The position numbers were made by a program, and so were the translations under genes. A stretch of DNA of 63,359 bases, the filler included, from Bigelowiella natans CCMP2755 (lineage: Eukaryota > Protista > Cercozoa), in assembly GCA_000320545.1 (NCBI GenBank). It is 9 parts of 9 records of this genome, joined end to end, with 100 filler letters (N's around TTAATTAATTAA, not from the genome) between each part and the next. Parts side by side here need not be neighbours in the genome. Positions count along the whole stretch, not along the records: positions 24,244 to 33,497 come from ADNK01003371.1; positions 33,598 to 36,608 come from ADNK01003661.1; positions 36,709 to 40,553 come from ADNK01001355.1; 6 more parts are not named here. The stretch is one strand, 5' to 3'. The notes under the pieces are model-generated. The model searched no databases, was not told where the DNA came from, and worked only from the letters and a program-made list of their open reading frames with translations. This document shows, in pieces, positions 24,575 to 38,342 of the stretch (positions are counted from its first letter, which is position 1; each line of letters begins with the position of its first letter).

Positions 24575-25689
24575 TTTCGTCGCGGCGCGCGTTAGAATAC
24601 TCCTACGATGCTACCGTATCCTCAAGATTCTGTCTACGGCGGGTGGGGCCAGTGAGCGAAATTGAATTGGTTTGAATCTCTTCATATTTGATCAATTCGA
24701 ACCTAATGTGTGGACGCTGCTGTCACGGGAGGAGTTTCATATACTCCGATGATGGCTTACGAATTTTCCTCCTTCCCACCCGGTAGAAGCTTTGTCGTTA
24801 GCTCTAAACCCCCTGGCTTCTCCCGCCATGTCTCCCCACGACTCTTTTCCAACCGTCACCTATCTGTCAGTGCATCATCCCAGTCCCCGCGCTCCTGGCT
24901 TTATCTGGCATCTTAAGCATCATCACAGCATGCGAATCGTGTAATTGTTGTTTGTGCGTTGTATCTATGCAGTGCGATGCGTGTAGTCATCGTACGGCTC
25001 AAGCTAGCAAGCTGCTGGTTTATTATTGCATACTGCGAATATCTGCATGTATTGCTAAAATAATGCTTTCGACCGCACCACATGTCTAGATGTGGGACTG
25101 TTGCACTACAGCTAGTACTAGCATAGAGCAGATAGCAGCGCGTGGCATGGATGCCTATATATGATGGTTAGATATAGCGATCGATGTCGTACATGTTGAC
25201 ACATGTGCATGGACATGCATGAGCGCGCAATGAGCGCAATGATCATAGATAGATAAATAACAGGGCTGCAGCTGGCGCAGCTTTGCCTAAACATATTATT
25301 CCTAGCTGCATTAATCGATGACAATTGAAAAAATGTAATAATTTCATCACATCAGTCTCACATCCATATGAAGGCACACTATGCTAGTATGGTTCGTGAT
25401 GCGATCCGGCTAGCACAGGCCTGTCTGGCTGTATTCACCACAGTGACTGCGATTAGCTATGGATGAAAGCTCAACTCTCGGCTCTATTGAGAAGATGGTG
25501 TTAAAGAGAGAGAGAGATGGGGGGGGGGGGGGGAGAAAAAAAAAGAGAGAGAGAGATAGAGAGTCATTTCTTTGCTTCCTAATAATGATAGAATTTTCTC
25601 TCATCGACTTCCAAGCTCAAGGCAGCCTACTACGACGCGCGCGCTTGATCCCACGCCATGCATTCATTGTTCGGCGAGAGCTGCATTAA

Positions 25690-26483
25690 TTCTTCGAGGG
25701 GTGTGCGGGAGTTGTTTCGAACATGACCGAGCTTAAAGAACTTATTCACACCGACTCTTCCACTCGAAACGGACTCAAAGTTGCAGCAAGCGGGGTCGGT
25801 TTTCTTGCAGCGCTCGGCGTACATCGATGTATACCTGAAGGAACAACACGGTGCAAATGTAAAACGTGCTTCATATCTTGCAAAAGGGGTGGGATGGTGT
25901 TGTGTAAGTTAGTCTCCACTGACTCGAATTCGAGGTTCGGATAGTTGAGCTTCAGCATGAATATTGACTTCGCCGCGCTGCTCCAGCCGCCGTTGCCGCG
26001 GAGGAGGCTCTCCGCACGCTCCACGCTTGTGAAACAGTCGTTGCCGGAATAGCATCTGAGGGGGGGGGAGAGGCCGTGACGCAGGCATATAGATGCGAAT
26101 GTGCTGCTTGTTATCGGGTAGGCTTGCGATCAACAGATTAATGCTATGAACGTAATGATCTTGAGTGTGTTGTGTCTGTGTATATCACGCTCACACACAA
26201 GGCCTAATAATCACCATCACCTCGTCTCAAGTCTCACGGCCAGTGGCGGAGAAAAATCCGTCGTGAGCAGCAAAGGCTGGGCGTTCTTCAACAAGTATGA
26301 GGGAATCCAGACTTCTTCCGGCCAAGAGGCCTTCAAGTCTGCCGTCATGGCAAAGCGATGGAGAGAACAATGAGTGTGGCGAGAAGTTATTTTGTTGATG
26401 TTGTTGTTGTTGTTGATGATGATGATGACGGGATTGAATAAATAGGAGAAGACTGGGAAAAAAGGTGAGATGTGAGGGGAGAG

Positions 26484-26562
<79 letters not shown>

Positions 26563-28460
26563 CAGCAGTTAACAACACGATGATTCTTCTTGATTACGTC
26601 TCGTGTATTTGATTACCGAAGCCAATCCGCGGCAGGGTTTCGAAGAGATCCGCGCCCTTTAAGAAGTCAATGATCTCACGCACTAAGGCACGGGGGTAGA
26701 ATGTGCCTTCATGCTGTCAAATCGAGATGATAAGGACAAAATTAGTAAGAGCAGGGAGTGGAGAGGCCAACGGTAACTAACTGATGCCGACTAGGAGGGT
26801 TGCTTTCAACGCACTATCCTGTAGAGTAAGGAGGAAGAGGGGGGGTATATATTTTCTCTTTTGTCAATTGCCCTCTGTCACCTGGTAGTGATTGAGGTAC
26901 TTCCGGCCCTTCCACCACATGCCGAAGTGAAGCATGCGTGGGAAGTAGTCGGAGTCGAAGATGTTCATGAATGCCTCTGTCTTTAGATGCACGTCATTAG
27001 GCAGCAAAGGGTATCTGTCGTTGCGTATCTTATCTCGAATCTTCTCTCGCCACACCGGCAAACCGTACTCTCGGTCGCCTGTTTCAGTCAACAGCAACAC
27101 ATCCAGGGGAGGGGGGGGGGGGGGATAAACTTGAGGCAAGTTTCTGACATATAACTTGATCATCGACAAGTAAGCGGCAATATTGAAACACATATTTCTG
27201 TTCTTGTTGGCCCCTTGTTGCGGCTAATTGGCTTGTGGAAGGAGATATGCTGTCTTCTTCGCTTCGATGTTAGAATGTGATTCCCAAAGACTGAAACGAG
27301 TCTATATTTCTCCACATTGTTTTTGGTATAGACCCGTCATCATGGAATACAGGGTCAAAGGCGATGCGCTAAAAATGAATCGTAGTAGCGAAGATGGTGG
27401 TTCGAAAATGGCAAGCAACCTGCGTAATTGATGGAGAACGATAGCTTATGAACTCGCACCCACGCCTCAATACCCTTCCGCACGATAAGTGCATCCGCCG
27501 ACATGATCACGAAGAAAGCGAAGCAATCGCCAGGCCAGAGGGAAGATGCATACCTGTGAATGTAGGGGGGGGGGGATTTGAATGATTCTGCTGAGACAGC
27601 AGTGTACAGTGAAACTGTGTTGTTGTAGTACTCGAAGTTCTGCAGGTGCCCGTACAGAATGGTACCTGACCAGCCGCGGGTGCGGTAGGTAGTCGGGTTG
27701 ATCGTAAGTCGCGGATTACTGGCATTCAAGGCCCTGGAAGGTACACGTCATGGTGGTGACCAGGTGATTACGGAATATTGAACAGGGTGAATATATTGTT
27801 GTATGCACGCCTCTACCGTGCAATCGGGTCGTTATTCACCTGATCCAAGCCCAATCTGGATCTATTCCGTCACTCCTCCCCGATATGTTCTCTTCGTGGA
27901 CGCTGATATGAACCTGTTTCAGGCGTCGGGAAGGGCGGGACAGTAGTTAGTAAGACACACGTTCTACCCGCGAGTCAGAATACACATGGCGTTCTGTAGC
28001 GGCAGAGGTTATATGCATGGCATATTATTTACTTGCAGCCGGCGTGAAATTCGGCGATCAACGCTGTTAGTTAGTTACCACAATGAGGGAATCTTCTTCG
28101 AGATGGTCAAGAGCGTTCTGAAGAACCATTCGAATCCTCATGCTAGCGCCGAAGAGAAGGAACGAAAACAGTACGCGCGGTGATGTTTCATTTCTGCCCT
28201 CAGTGCGAGAACATTCCTTTCCAACTCGCCTCGATCCTGTTTCTACGCCGTCGCCTGACTTTACTACTGCCACAACCTGAACATTCTTCGGAGCCGGTGT
28301 TTGTTTTTCCACAGCTGGGCTTGCCCCTTCCCTCAAGGGAATCACCAATGCGACTAGCAAGGCAGCGAGTAGGAACTTGAGAACGGTGTTGAATGAGACT
28401 TTGCGGCACACCACCACCCCATTCTGGAGGTGAAGATCTGGCATCAAACACCCACAGTCA
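25690..28460 (-). CDS. Hypothetical multi-exon protein
   Basis: Several coding-like minus-strand exons (27355-27729, 26864-27193, 25746-26024) separated by microsatellite introns; no domain recognised; boundaries approximate. Confidence 0.45.
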
Positions 28461-29499
28461 GTCACCGGAAGGGCGTCATTTGGTACATCGGGAAGCTGTC
28501 GAGGAATCCAAATTGCGACAAGGAAATTTGAATGTCGCAGGGTGCACATCATCACATGCGTCTTCCTTGATGGAGAAGAATGGTCATGCGTGTGCTTCGA
28601 TTGATTCAATGCTGCTGCGACAATGATGAGAACTTGAAGTGTGCTTCTTGCGATGTGTTTCCTGTTCACATTCCCAGCCTGCTACGATGCAAACATGGTC
28701 ACATCAGGGTGAACATTGAACATGTGAACAAATTTGATTCATTCATGCATCCGTCTCACATCAGACGCACATCTAGACATGCACAGTGCATGCGGTTCTC
28801 TGGTCATTCTCAATGTGCTGACACAACACGCGGCCGACGAGAATGAAGAATGTGATCGACGGCACAATCCACAAGTCCACCAGACACGACACTGGTGACA
28901 AAGCTGTGCCAGGTGTGCCAGCATGTGGCTGGTGATGGCCGTGCCACAGCAGCACCCGCTAGCCCGCCTGTCCGCTCCACCAGCAAAGAAGGTGTCATGC
29001 TGTATAGCTGGCATGCATGTAGCGCCATGCTAGCGAGGCAGATGTCTAGATGCGTGGACTGATGCATGCATGGACGCACATTCACATCAACACAATGATG
29101 ATGTGTGCGTCCATTGGGCTGCATCCATTGCCAGAGGCAAGATCTGTTCACAAAATTGATTTGCATGCTAGATGACAATCGTGACCAGTGACATGTAGTG
29201 AACTACGAATCAGCTCCTTCAAGCTCTGTGCTACCGACAGCATCACCTACTGCACCACCGCCGTGATTGTCGCTGCTAGAGCCTGAATGGCTGGGCGCCT
29301 TGACACCACAAGACTCGAGCTCGGAGAGGGTTGATCTAACGATGCGGCTCACTGGCAACAAACGCGTTCAAGAGAATTGCACCGCCGCAAAGAACAAACA
29401 CCACAGCAAACCGCAACATTATCTCATGTTTCAGTGACGTCAACGTTCCGTTTTGTGGTTGGGTTCATGCTTTTTACTCCGGTGATGTTTCTCTTACCT

Positions 29500-29628
29500 A
29501 TGGAAGGCCAGATGGCGTGCAATTTGCCAACCTTCTTGTCTATTGTGAGCACCTGGTGCGCGACTCGGTCGACGTCTGATTGAATCAATAAGGAAGAGCG
29601 ATATTTGCTTGTGTTTGTGTACGAGTGT

Positions 29629-29666
<38 letters not shown>

Positions 29667-29898
29667 CATCTTATCATCGTCAACTTCATAATCATCAGTA
29701 CTAACAAGGGCGAGTGATCTTCCTGGATTTTGATGATGCCTCCTGTGAAACCGTGTTGCAGAAGAGAAAGTAAACATCAACAGATAGATGACGGAATACG
29801 AGAGGTGTTTCTGAGATTGTTCCTAGAGCAGCAGCCAGTCTCTCGACATAATACCAGCTTCCCCCCATTGAGGGTATGTAGTATATGTGTACATATAT

Positions 29899-29945
<47 letters not shown>

Positions 29946-29957
29946 TATACTCTACAT

Positions 29958-29996
<39 letters not shown>

Positions 29997-31487
29997 ATGG
30001 GCGTTTAAGTGCGTGCGTGTGTTAAATATGAGAAAGCGTTTACTTTAAACCCTGCGTACTCTCTACACGGGAGGCAGTGGATGTAATTTTCAAAAGGCAC
30101 ATGTCAATAAACACACACAGACACACACTCACACACACACGCAAGGCAACACCTTAAAGACATATCTATTGCCCGTCGTCGTTGTCCCTTCTCTTCGCTT
30201 CGTCGTCGGAAGGATCTCCCTCAAATGGGTATCGGTGAGGGAGTTGACTGGCCTAAAGAGCTGCTCAGCTGCGACTCGCTCCTTCTGTCGAATCATACAT
30301 CGTCGTTGCAGTGTGTACCGTCATTACATCATATAATGTTATGATTGTAGTACACAACGAATAGATAGGAAACTACGTGCAGAACCATCGAAGGTAACAT
30401 CTCGGAACGGCATAGATTCAAGCGTCCCCTCGATATCCACAACATCCTAGTTACGATCACTACCTTCATGATTTGCGATCCATTGATTTCTTGCAACGTC
30501 GGCAGCTTGAAGATAATGTATTTCCTGGGATGACATGTTCGTGCTCTAATCAGATGTTTACTTGCCATGCTTGCTCCCATGCATTCACATCAGTTTATTG
30601 CGTTCTGATACTCCCCAGCCCCCCATCCTCCCTCTTTCTATTCTCTCTCTCCCCATGCCTGAATAGCGAGGTGCTGGCGATCTTATTATCCGATATCGTC
30701 AGTTTTTGCAGGTTGAATTGCTGAGAATTGTGAAGGGATGCAGAATGAGTGGAGGGAATAGTCTACCAGGGAAAAGCCACTAAAGATATTAGAGGGGGGG
30801 GGGTTGAGCGATGATTTCCCCTTAGAAAACGCGCACACATGCGAACTTTGAACAATGGCGTGATCGCTCACGAAAGCACTCCTACTAGTAAGATTCATGC
30901 ACACATTTGAGATAAATAATAGCAGTATTACTGCGAATCCGTCCAGCTGCGTAAAGAGCCGAATATCGTTGTGTCGCAGAACGTAGCGCGTTGCGTTGGA
31001 GAACCGCCTGAGCTTGTTGGCGTTCTCAAGCACCAGTGCAATATCGTAGAATGAGATCTGGATCTCCTCGATCTTGAACTGTTCTTGGAACACGCGCATG
31101 TCGCTCGTGAGCATCTCCAGGGCATTTCCGTAGAGGAGGAGGCACCGTCGATCCGTCACCTCGTAGAAGCTGTGGTTATTATCAAATGTGGTGATTATAA
31201 CAAATCATACAGTCTGCCTGATAAGCTGGCAAGGCGCGACTGTAGGGTGTTTTTAGGCAGAATTTTAGCGAAGTTTGTCGTTTTGCATCTATCCTGCTCA
31301 GCTTACCCTCTCGGTGAGCCGACAGATCTTCGGTTGTGGCTCGGCGATTTCCGGTCAGATTTTGCCGAACGCTTCTGGCGAGACCCCCAGCTACTCTCGA
31401 TCGTGTTGATTATGTGAATCCTCTCCGCCTCCATGTGCTCACGCCGTTGCCGCTCAAGCTGCGTGTATTAATATTTTAAATATATGT

Positions 31488-31530
<43 letters not shown>

Positions 31531-32416
31531 CCGATCACATTCGATATTCCTCCTCATGCTTCCCAGTGGGTCTTTCTCTCTCTCATCGTCGCCAATTATT
31601 GTTGATGTTTTGGTTGATGTTCTGGGTCAACTATGTTCGTGCAATACAGCCTCTATAAATGTTTGTTTCTGCAACCCTCCTTCCCCCCACCTTCCCCCCC
31701 CTTCTCCTCGTAATAAGTATGCAATCAACACCTTCTCGTCATTTTTGACGACCATAGCAGCAACTCGTTTCTCCTCTTCGGTCACACGGCGCATGTCGAG
31801 TGTTTTCAGTGTTGCGATCCTATCCACCATATACTCCCTGTAGTACCGATTGCTGGCCACTTCATTGCCATCGAGCGTTAACTCGCTGAGAGACTTCAAA
31901 CGGAAGAGGGACTCTAAGCTACCGAAGGAGGAAATCTTGTTGTCCGAGAGAAACACCCGATGCAAAGCGGCACACTGTAGATGATGACGAAGAGGAAGGA
32001 AGGGGCGGGGGGGGGTAGGAGAGGCAGGATTATGTTAAAATGCAAAGAATTAGAGAACAAATCATTGCAATAACTGTTCCCTCCTCACACAACGACAAAC
32101 GTCACCGGGCTGCTGCTGCTACTCTATAATAACCCCCCATTGGATGATAATGCACCTGTTCCAGGCCTAACACAGTGTGGATCCCATTTCTCCTCAAGTT
32201 GAGTTCGGTCAGCGAGACCAGTCCTTCCAGATTTTCCATCACATCGATGTGATTTCCGGCTAGATTCAGCACTCTGCCACCCAAATGCAATATGATTACA
32301 TATTCTGATTCGTCTATTCTATAAATGCCTCCCCCCTCCGCCCTTCAAAGGCCCCTCATTTTATGCCATTGATTTCCCATTACCATCGTTTCATTTATCC
32401 CGAGCAAAAGAGCGAA

Positions 32417-32461
<45 letters not shown>

Positions 32462-32506
32462 ATCGAATAACAATAAACATCGGAATAGCAACAAACATGA
32501 TGACCG

Positions 32507-32539
<33 letters not shown>

Positions 32540-32908
32540 CCTGAGATCCCTCAAGTGCGATAAGTTCTGGATCTTTGTAATTCTGTTAGAGTGCAGGTCC
32601 AATACGTCGAGCTTGAGCAGGCTCTCGAGCCGCTCGATCTTGCGAATGTAGTTCTTCCCCAGCATCAACACACGCAGTGTGCCAAGGGAATCGAGCCCCG
32701 TGACTTCCTTAATCTGGTTGTTGTATAGGTCAAGGAAGATGAGGTTGGGAAGGTTTTTGAGGTTGGAGATACGTCCGATGTTGTTGTTCTCGAAATTGAG
32801 CAGCCGCAGCTGATCCTCCCCCTCTAGGACGGGGCAAACAGTGAGACTTCGCCTATCGAGATTTAGACGCTCTGGGCTCACCATGCGAGCGGTTTGGCTT
32901 CGGTATCT

Positions 32909-32981
<73 letters not shown>

Positions 32982-33054
32982 ACACACATACACAAATATA
33001 TTATTCACACATTTGTAGTCGACAGTCAATGTCCGCAGATGCATATACGATTGG

Positions 33055-33091
<37 letters not shown>

Positions 33092-33149
33092 GCGCGCGCA
33101 CACACACGTGCAAACACCACATAGATCGATAGAGAGAAAGAAAGAGAAC

Positions 33150-33197
<48 letters not shown>

Positions 33198-33430
33198 GAA
33201 GGAAAGAAAGATGAATCCTTACACAAACGGGACTCCAGGTTGTTTCTGGCTAACAGCGAATATGATCCCATCCTCATCCGCTGGTTGGATTTGCGAGAGA
33301 AGTGTCGCCGCCGCCGCCGTCGCACCTGATCCTCCTCCCGAGTTGCTGCCCCCGGCCCTGTTAGACGGATTTGTGACGGCAGGTAAGCTACCCCCTCCCC
33401 CGCCCTGGTTCTTGTCTTGGTACCCTCGTG
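29500..33430 (-). CDS. LRRC49: Leucine-rich repeat-containing protein 49-like (SDS22-type LRRs), multi-exon
   Basis: PERLNLDRRSLTVCPVLEGEDQLRLLNF...IFLDLYNNQI...LRVLMLGKN...LDVLDLHSN...VLNLAGN...LTELNLRRN...LTLDGN...LKTLDMRRVTEEEKR matches LRRC49 as I recall it; ends approximate. Confidence 0.85.
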
Positions 33431-33699
33431 CATCTCGTGGGGTGGAAGGGTATTGGGAGTAAGAAACTTCTTGGAAAACCTTCCCCCCCCCCCCCCCNNN
33501 NNNNNNNNNNNNNNNNNNNNNNNNNNNNNNNNNNNNNNNNNTTAATTAATTAANNNNNNNNNNNNNNNNNNNNNNNNNNNNNNNNNNNNNNNNNNNNTCA
33601 AGATTGTGTTGAGAGATACCTCTGCAAACTCCTCAGAACGTTGGGAATGGGTGTACTCTTGGTAACTCCGATTTCACACCCGTCAAGCTTTAGATAAGC

Positions 33700-34865
33700 C
33701 CCTAGACGGAGCCCCCCAGACTCTCCTTCGCTCTCCCCGCTTCCCTAGGCCCGCCCCCCCTCCCGCTCTCCCCCCCCCCACTTTCCCTCCCTCCCCACAC
33801 CCCACAGCAACAATCCCTTCGGAGACGCGGGCGCGTTCGAAATTTCAAGTACGCGTCTTAGACTAGATGTGTGCCGACAAAACCAACACGCATGCATGGA
33901 ATCCTATCCCTTCTACACGCCTCCGTGAGGATGATATGCATATGGCAAATTCATCAGAGATGTTGACCTCTCTCGCCTCCAAGCTGCCACCAATCGACCC
34001 ACGCTGCCCCGCGATCGGTAGCGACGATGACGACGTTCCAGCGAACAAGAGAGAGGAGGGAAGGCGGGGGGGGGGAGAGCAAAAGGGGGAGCGGAACTCA
34101 GGAAGCAGGAAAAGCGAAGGAAAGTCCGGGGAGCTCCCTACAGGCACATATCTAAAGCTTGACGGCTGTCAAATCGGGGCTTTTGGCGCTGAGGCGTTAT
34201 TCTCGAGTATATTTACCCCCGCCGTCGCAGCGGAAAGAAAGGGGCAGCAGCCTTCACTATCCGGGGCGGGGGCGGGGAAGGGTGATGATAAAGACGGCGC
34301 TTCCTCTGCTTGCTTTGTCAGGAGGCTCGATCTATCTAACAACGCGATTGGGGATGAGGGAATAGGTAAAGTGCAGTTGCAATTTCTTCCAACGCGCATA
34401 TTTCCTAACTGCTGGCATTGCGGTAAGGAGAGCGCACCCTTCTTCATTTTTCACAGCATTCGTTCGCAAAGCAGACGTGCGTTGAAGAAGGGGGGGAGGA
34501 GGGGGGGGGCTGATAAGGGCTGGTTGGTTTTATTTAGATGCTTCCTTTGTTTTTACAGAGTGCCTTACACGGTCTTTGGAAAAGAATGGGAAGCTACTCA
34601 GAGACGAGAGAGCGCTTCTGCCTGCCTTAGCAATAGCGGACAACAACATCGGGTGCTATGGACGCGTAGCTTTGTGTGTGTGTGCGTGTGTGTGCGTGTG
34701 TGTGTGTGCGTGTGTGCGTGTGTGTGTTTGTACGTGGCTTGTTTCACGGGCATTGTCCTTTTCAGTGAGAAATCGTGTGCGACGATGATCGAAGCGCTTT
34801 TCGAGGAATGGCGGTATCAAGGAACTTGACGTCTCGCGTATGTGGAAGCCTACTCTCCGCACACA

Positions 34866-34924
<59 letters not shown>

Positions 34925-34952
34925 AGAGAGGGAGAAATACACACACGCAAAC

Positions 34953-34998
<46 letters not shown>

Positions 34999-35755
34999 GA
35001 TATATGTATTCGTATACAGGGAACAAAGCTTCGTGCCAACTTCTCATTGCGTTGGCGGAGGGCCTGGAAAAACACGGTGCTGCCCTAGTGCGTGCATGCA
35101 TGCCGAAAGCGCTCGTTAGTAGCTGGATTGCGTGCGACGATGATGTATATGTTGGCGGCGTGTTAGGTGTCGGCTGCTCCTTGGAGAGGCTGATTTGCCA
35201 GGACTGTGACCTGCGCGATAAGGGCGTGAGGCGACTCGTCCAAGCGATCAATAAGCAGAGATTTCATAACCTCACACACATCGAGTAGTAGGAGCAGAAG
35301 GAGGAGAGTAGTGGGAGGAGGAGAGAAGTAGTAGTAGTGGTGGTGATAGTAGTGGGAAAAACGGTATAATCATCATATAAGGGGAGGGAGGGGTCTCGTG
35401 CTTTTTTGTGGGTTGTGTATGTGTATGCATGCCCCCAAATGCACACGTACAGTCATGTTCCTCCTCCTCATCATCCTCATCCTCATCATCATCATCATCA
35501 TCGTCGTCATCATCAACAACATCGTCTTCGTCGTCTCCACCATTCTCCTCAGCATCATCATCCTCATCATCATCAGCAGCAGCAGCACCAACAACAACTC
35601 TCATCACCCGTTCAAAAACCACACGCACGAGTACTGCGAGGGGGCCATCTTAACATTCTTCCTCGTTTAAACAGCCTGAGGCAAAACAGCATCGATAAGA
35701 AATTACTCCAAAAGCTCAACCAGGCCATTAACGAAGGGTCACTGGAAAATCCTTT
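33700..35755 (+). CDS. RNI-like (NLRC3/CARMIL-type) leucine-rich repeat protein, 3' part
   Basis: LKLDGCQIGAFGAEAL, RRLDLSNNAIGDEG, LAIADNNIG, LICQDCDLRDKGV repeats across exons. Confidence 0.7.
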
Positions 35756-35855
35756 TACTCCTCTTCATTATCACTATTCCTTGAAGCAATGCTAACCCAA
35801 ATGCGGCGGCTATCGTCTTTGTTTGTTCTTCGCCCCTGTGTATTCTCACGATGAT

Positions 35856-35914
<59 letters not shown>

Positions 35915-35919
35915 TATAC

Positions 35920-35982
<63 letters not shown>
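35856..35982. repeat. Compound (CA)n/(TA)n microsatellite, representative of dozens of intronic SSRs
   Basis: Directly visible; (CA)n, (TA)n, (GA)n, (TAG)n and (CAT)n tracts fill most introns from about 19.6 kb onward. Confidence 0.95.
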
Positions 35983-35985
<3 letters not shown>

Positions 35986-36051
35986 TCCCCCCCCCTCCCC
36001 TCCTCTCTCTCTGTGTGTGTGAATGATCTCATGCACCTACTACTATCATCA

Positions 36052-36384
36052 GGGCAAACTCGTCCATGATTCAAGCCAATGCGAACCCATTTGCGTGCTC
36101 GGGCCATGGGAAGATGTTGGCGACTGCTCGGTCATGTGCGGAGTCGGGTAGTCGAGAAAGATCGAACAAAAACGGCGAAAAAAAAACAAAAAACTATCCG
36201 CCGTAATCGCCAGCACCATCATCCTCAATCGTCGTGACGCCATTGTCACCATACTGTGTTCTTCTCAGGAAAGCGATGATGCGGAGGAAGGTAATCCAGC
36301 GTCCTGGGCCGAACCAGAAACCATGCGGGGAGCTCACCAAAGAGAAGGTGTGCTATATGCCAAAGTGCCCTGAGGACTGCCAGG
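36052..36384 (+). CDS. Thrombospondin type-1 (TSP1) repeat protein, partial
   Basis: Spliced reading CEPICVLGPWEDVGDCSVMCGVG...RRKVIQRPGPNQKPCGELTKEKVCYMPKCPEDCQ. Confidence 0.75.
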
Positions 36385-36389
36385 TACTG

Positions 36390-36422
<33 letters not shown>

Positions 36423-37366
36423 GCAATCATATCACATTGTTGATAAGGTACATTTGGTGAAGGAGGCCGCTCTCTCGCTCTCTCTTTCTCTTTCTCTTTC
36501 TCTTTCTTGAATGCATTATTTATTGGTTATTATTATTATTTATTATCATCATTTCTGGGATGCTGCTTGCTGCCGATGATGATGGTGATGGATGGCTGTC
36601 CCCCCCCCNNNNNNNNNNNNNNNNNNNNNNNNNNNNNNNNNNNNNNNNNNNNTTAATTAATTAANNNNNNNNNNNNNNNNNNNNNNNNNNNNNNNNNNNN
36701 NNNNNNNNTCCTGGGCCTTTAGACGATAGCCAAAATCACGATGTCTCACCCTGCTGGATGCAAAGCAAACGTCAAACCCCGCCAGCGAACTCTTCTCATA
36801 TATTTAAAAGAGCACTGGCTCGCTCGAACGTGACAAAGTATCCTACCCCTTGCGACCCTCCTTGCGACCCTCGCTCACCTGCTAGTGATGTGTATTTCGC
36901 GGGAATGTGTTCCCCTTGGCTCTGGGCGGATCTCGAAGTTTTTAGAAACGGCAATGTAACATTGATATCGCGGAATAAAATTCCCCTTGATATTTAGATA
37001 AACGACAGATTCTGTATTCTGTGGATTTCAATCAGAACGTTTTTCATTCGCGACATTCCTTGATCTGGCCTGAAAGAATGAAATGTGGAAAGCACCCGCG
37101 ATTGGAAAATGGTGTCTGGTTTATGTCGTACCTAAGAAATGGCATTAATTCTCCTGAAATTGAGGAGATTCTCCGATGCAGACTACCGGTAGATGCCCAC
37201 ATCGAATTGAGTAAAGAGTGATGCAGAACGCCGACGAAATCTGCGTTGCGGAGTGCCGCAGCCGATGTCGATAAGGTAAAATCCCCGTAGTTTGCCCCCT
37301 TTGCCCCCTACGGATATGCAGCAGCATTTGCTTGTCTACGCCTCTTGAACCTACGGCTTGCGTACA

Positions 37367-38342
37367 ATGGCAACCAGCGAAAGCGAACCCGCCGCCGCCC
37401 CCAAGGGCATCAGTAAGATGTCCGCGAAGCAACTCATGGTATTTGTTGAGAAGAACCTGAGCAAGTATGGATTGAAAGATGAGGATCTTGAGTTTCTCAA
37501 ACAGCAGGAAGGTCTCGACGGGAAGAAGCTTCTATCTTTGCGAGTGGAGGATTTGAAACAGGTAATTACCTTATCGCGATAGAACTACGAGAAGCGAATT
37601 ACGTCTTTATTCATCTTCACATCACCGAATATTCTTAAATGACAAACACTTGAAGCCAGTACACCTCATGAGGAAAATCCTTTGAACAGGCGATAAAAGT
37701 CACTTCCTCTCGAAAGAGGGTGGCCAAATTCATTCTCACAGTTCGGAGAGAGGACAGAGGAGGGAGCTCCACCGGTGAAGATGGAAACATATCACCTTAT
37801 TTTGGAACCCTCAATCCGTCCACAGCCGCGCTTATAACTAAAATGGAGGGCCTTTTGGCGAAAGGGGACTCTGAGGCGATGAAGGTTTACCCTTGTCACA
37901 TCAGAACATTTAACCCCAAGCAGTTCAAAAATAGTAATGCACGCACCATCGCTGCACCAAAATATGTCTAGACATGTCGTGTAGGTCAGAACATAGTGCA
38001 GCTGACTGATCTGTGTTTGTGCTGTTGTGGGGTATCCTCTTGTATGCGTGTGGGCATATCTGTGTGGCATTTCGTACAAAGATGTTAAGCACCGCCCTGA
38101 AGCTGAAGGAAAACTCTGAAAAGAAAGAAAAACATGAAGAACCGAACAGCACAGCCAACGACAAGGAGAAGGAGATGCGTACCAAAGATCTTGAGATTCG
38201 CCGGCAAACTTCGCCTTATTTCGGCACTCTGAAGAAGGACGAGGCTGATCTCATCGCGCATTTGGAAAATGCGTTGACTGCAGGAGACTCCGACGCTCAG
38301 GCCCTGGTTGAGAAGGCCCTGACAGAGGCAACCAACAAATGA
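37367..38342 (+). CDS. Small protein with an N-terminal SAM-like domain and a duplicated C-terminal module, 3-4 exons
   Basis: MSAKQLMVFV...LEFLKQQEGLDGKKLLSLRVEDLK is SAM-like; two SPYFGTL...LI..(M/L)E..L..GDS repeats. Confidence 0.55.

Noticed and set aside
28180-28380. MMFHFCPQCEN as an RNA-polymerase Zn-ribbon subunit
   Set aside because: No second CxxC or further similarity; it overlaps a likelier minus-strand gene.
28501-28980. CpG deamination or RIP as the cause of the TG/CA excess
   Set aside because: CG remains common and TA is lost, the opposite of those signatures.
34656-36107. Many short ORFs of poly-CV, YI, HT, LS or RE
   Set aside because: Translations of intronic microsatellites.
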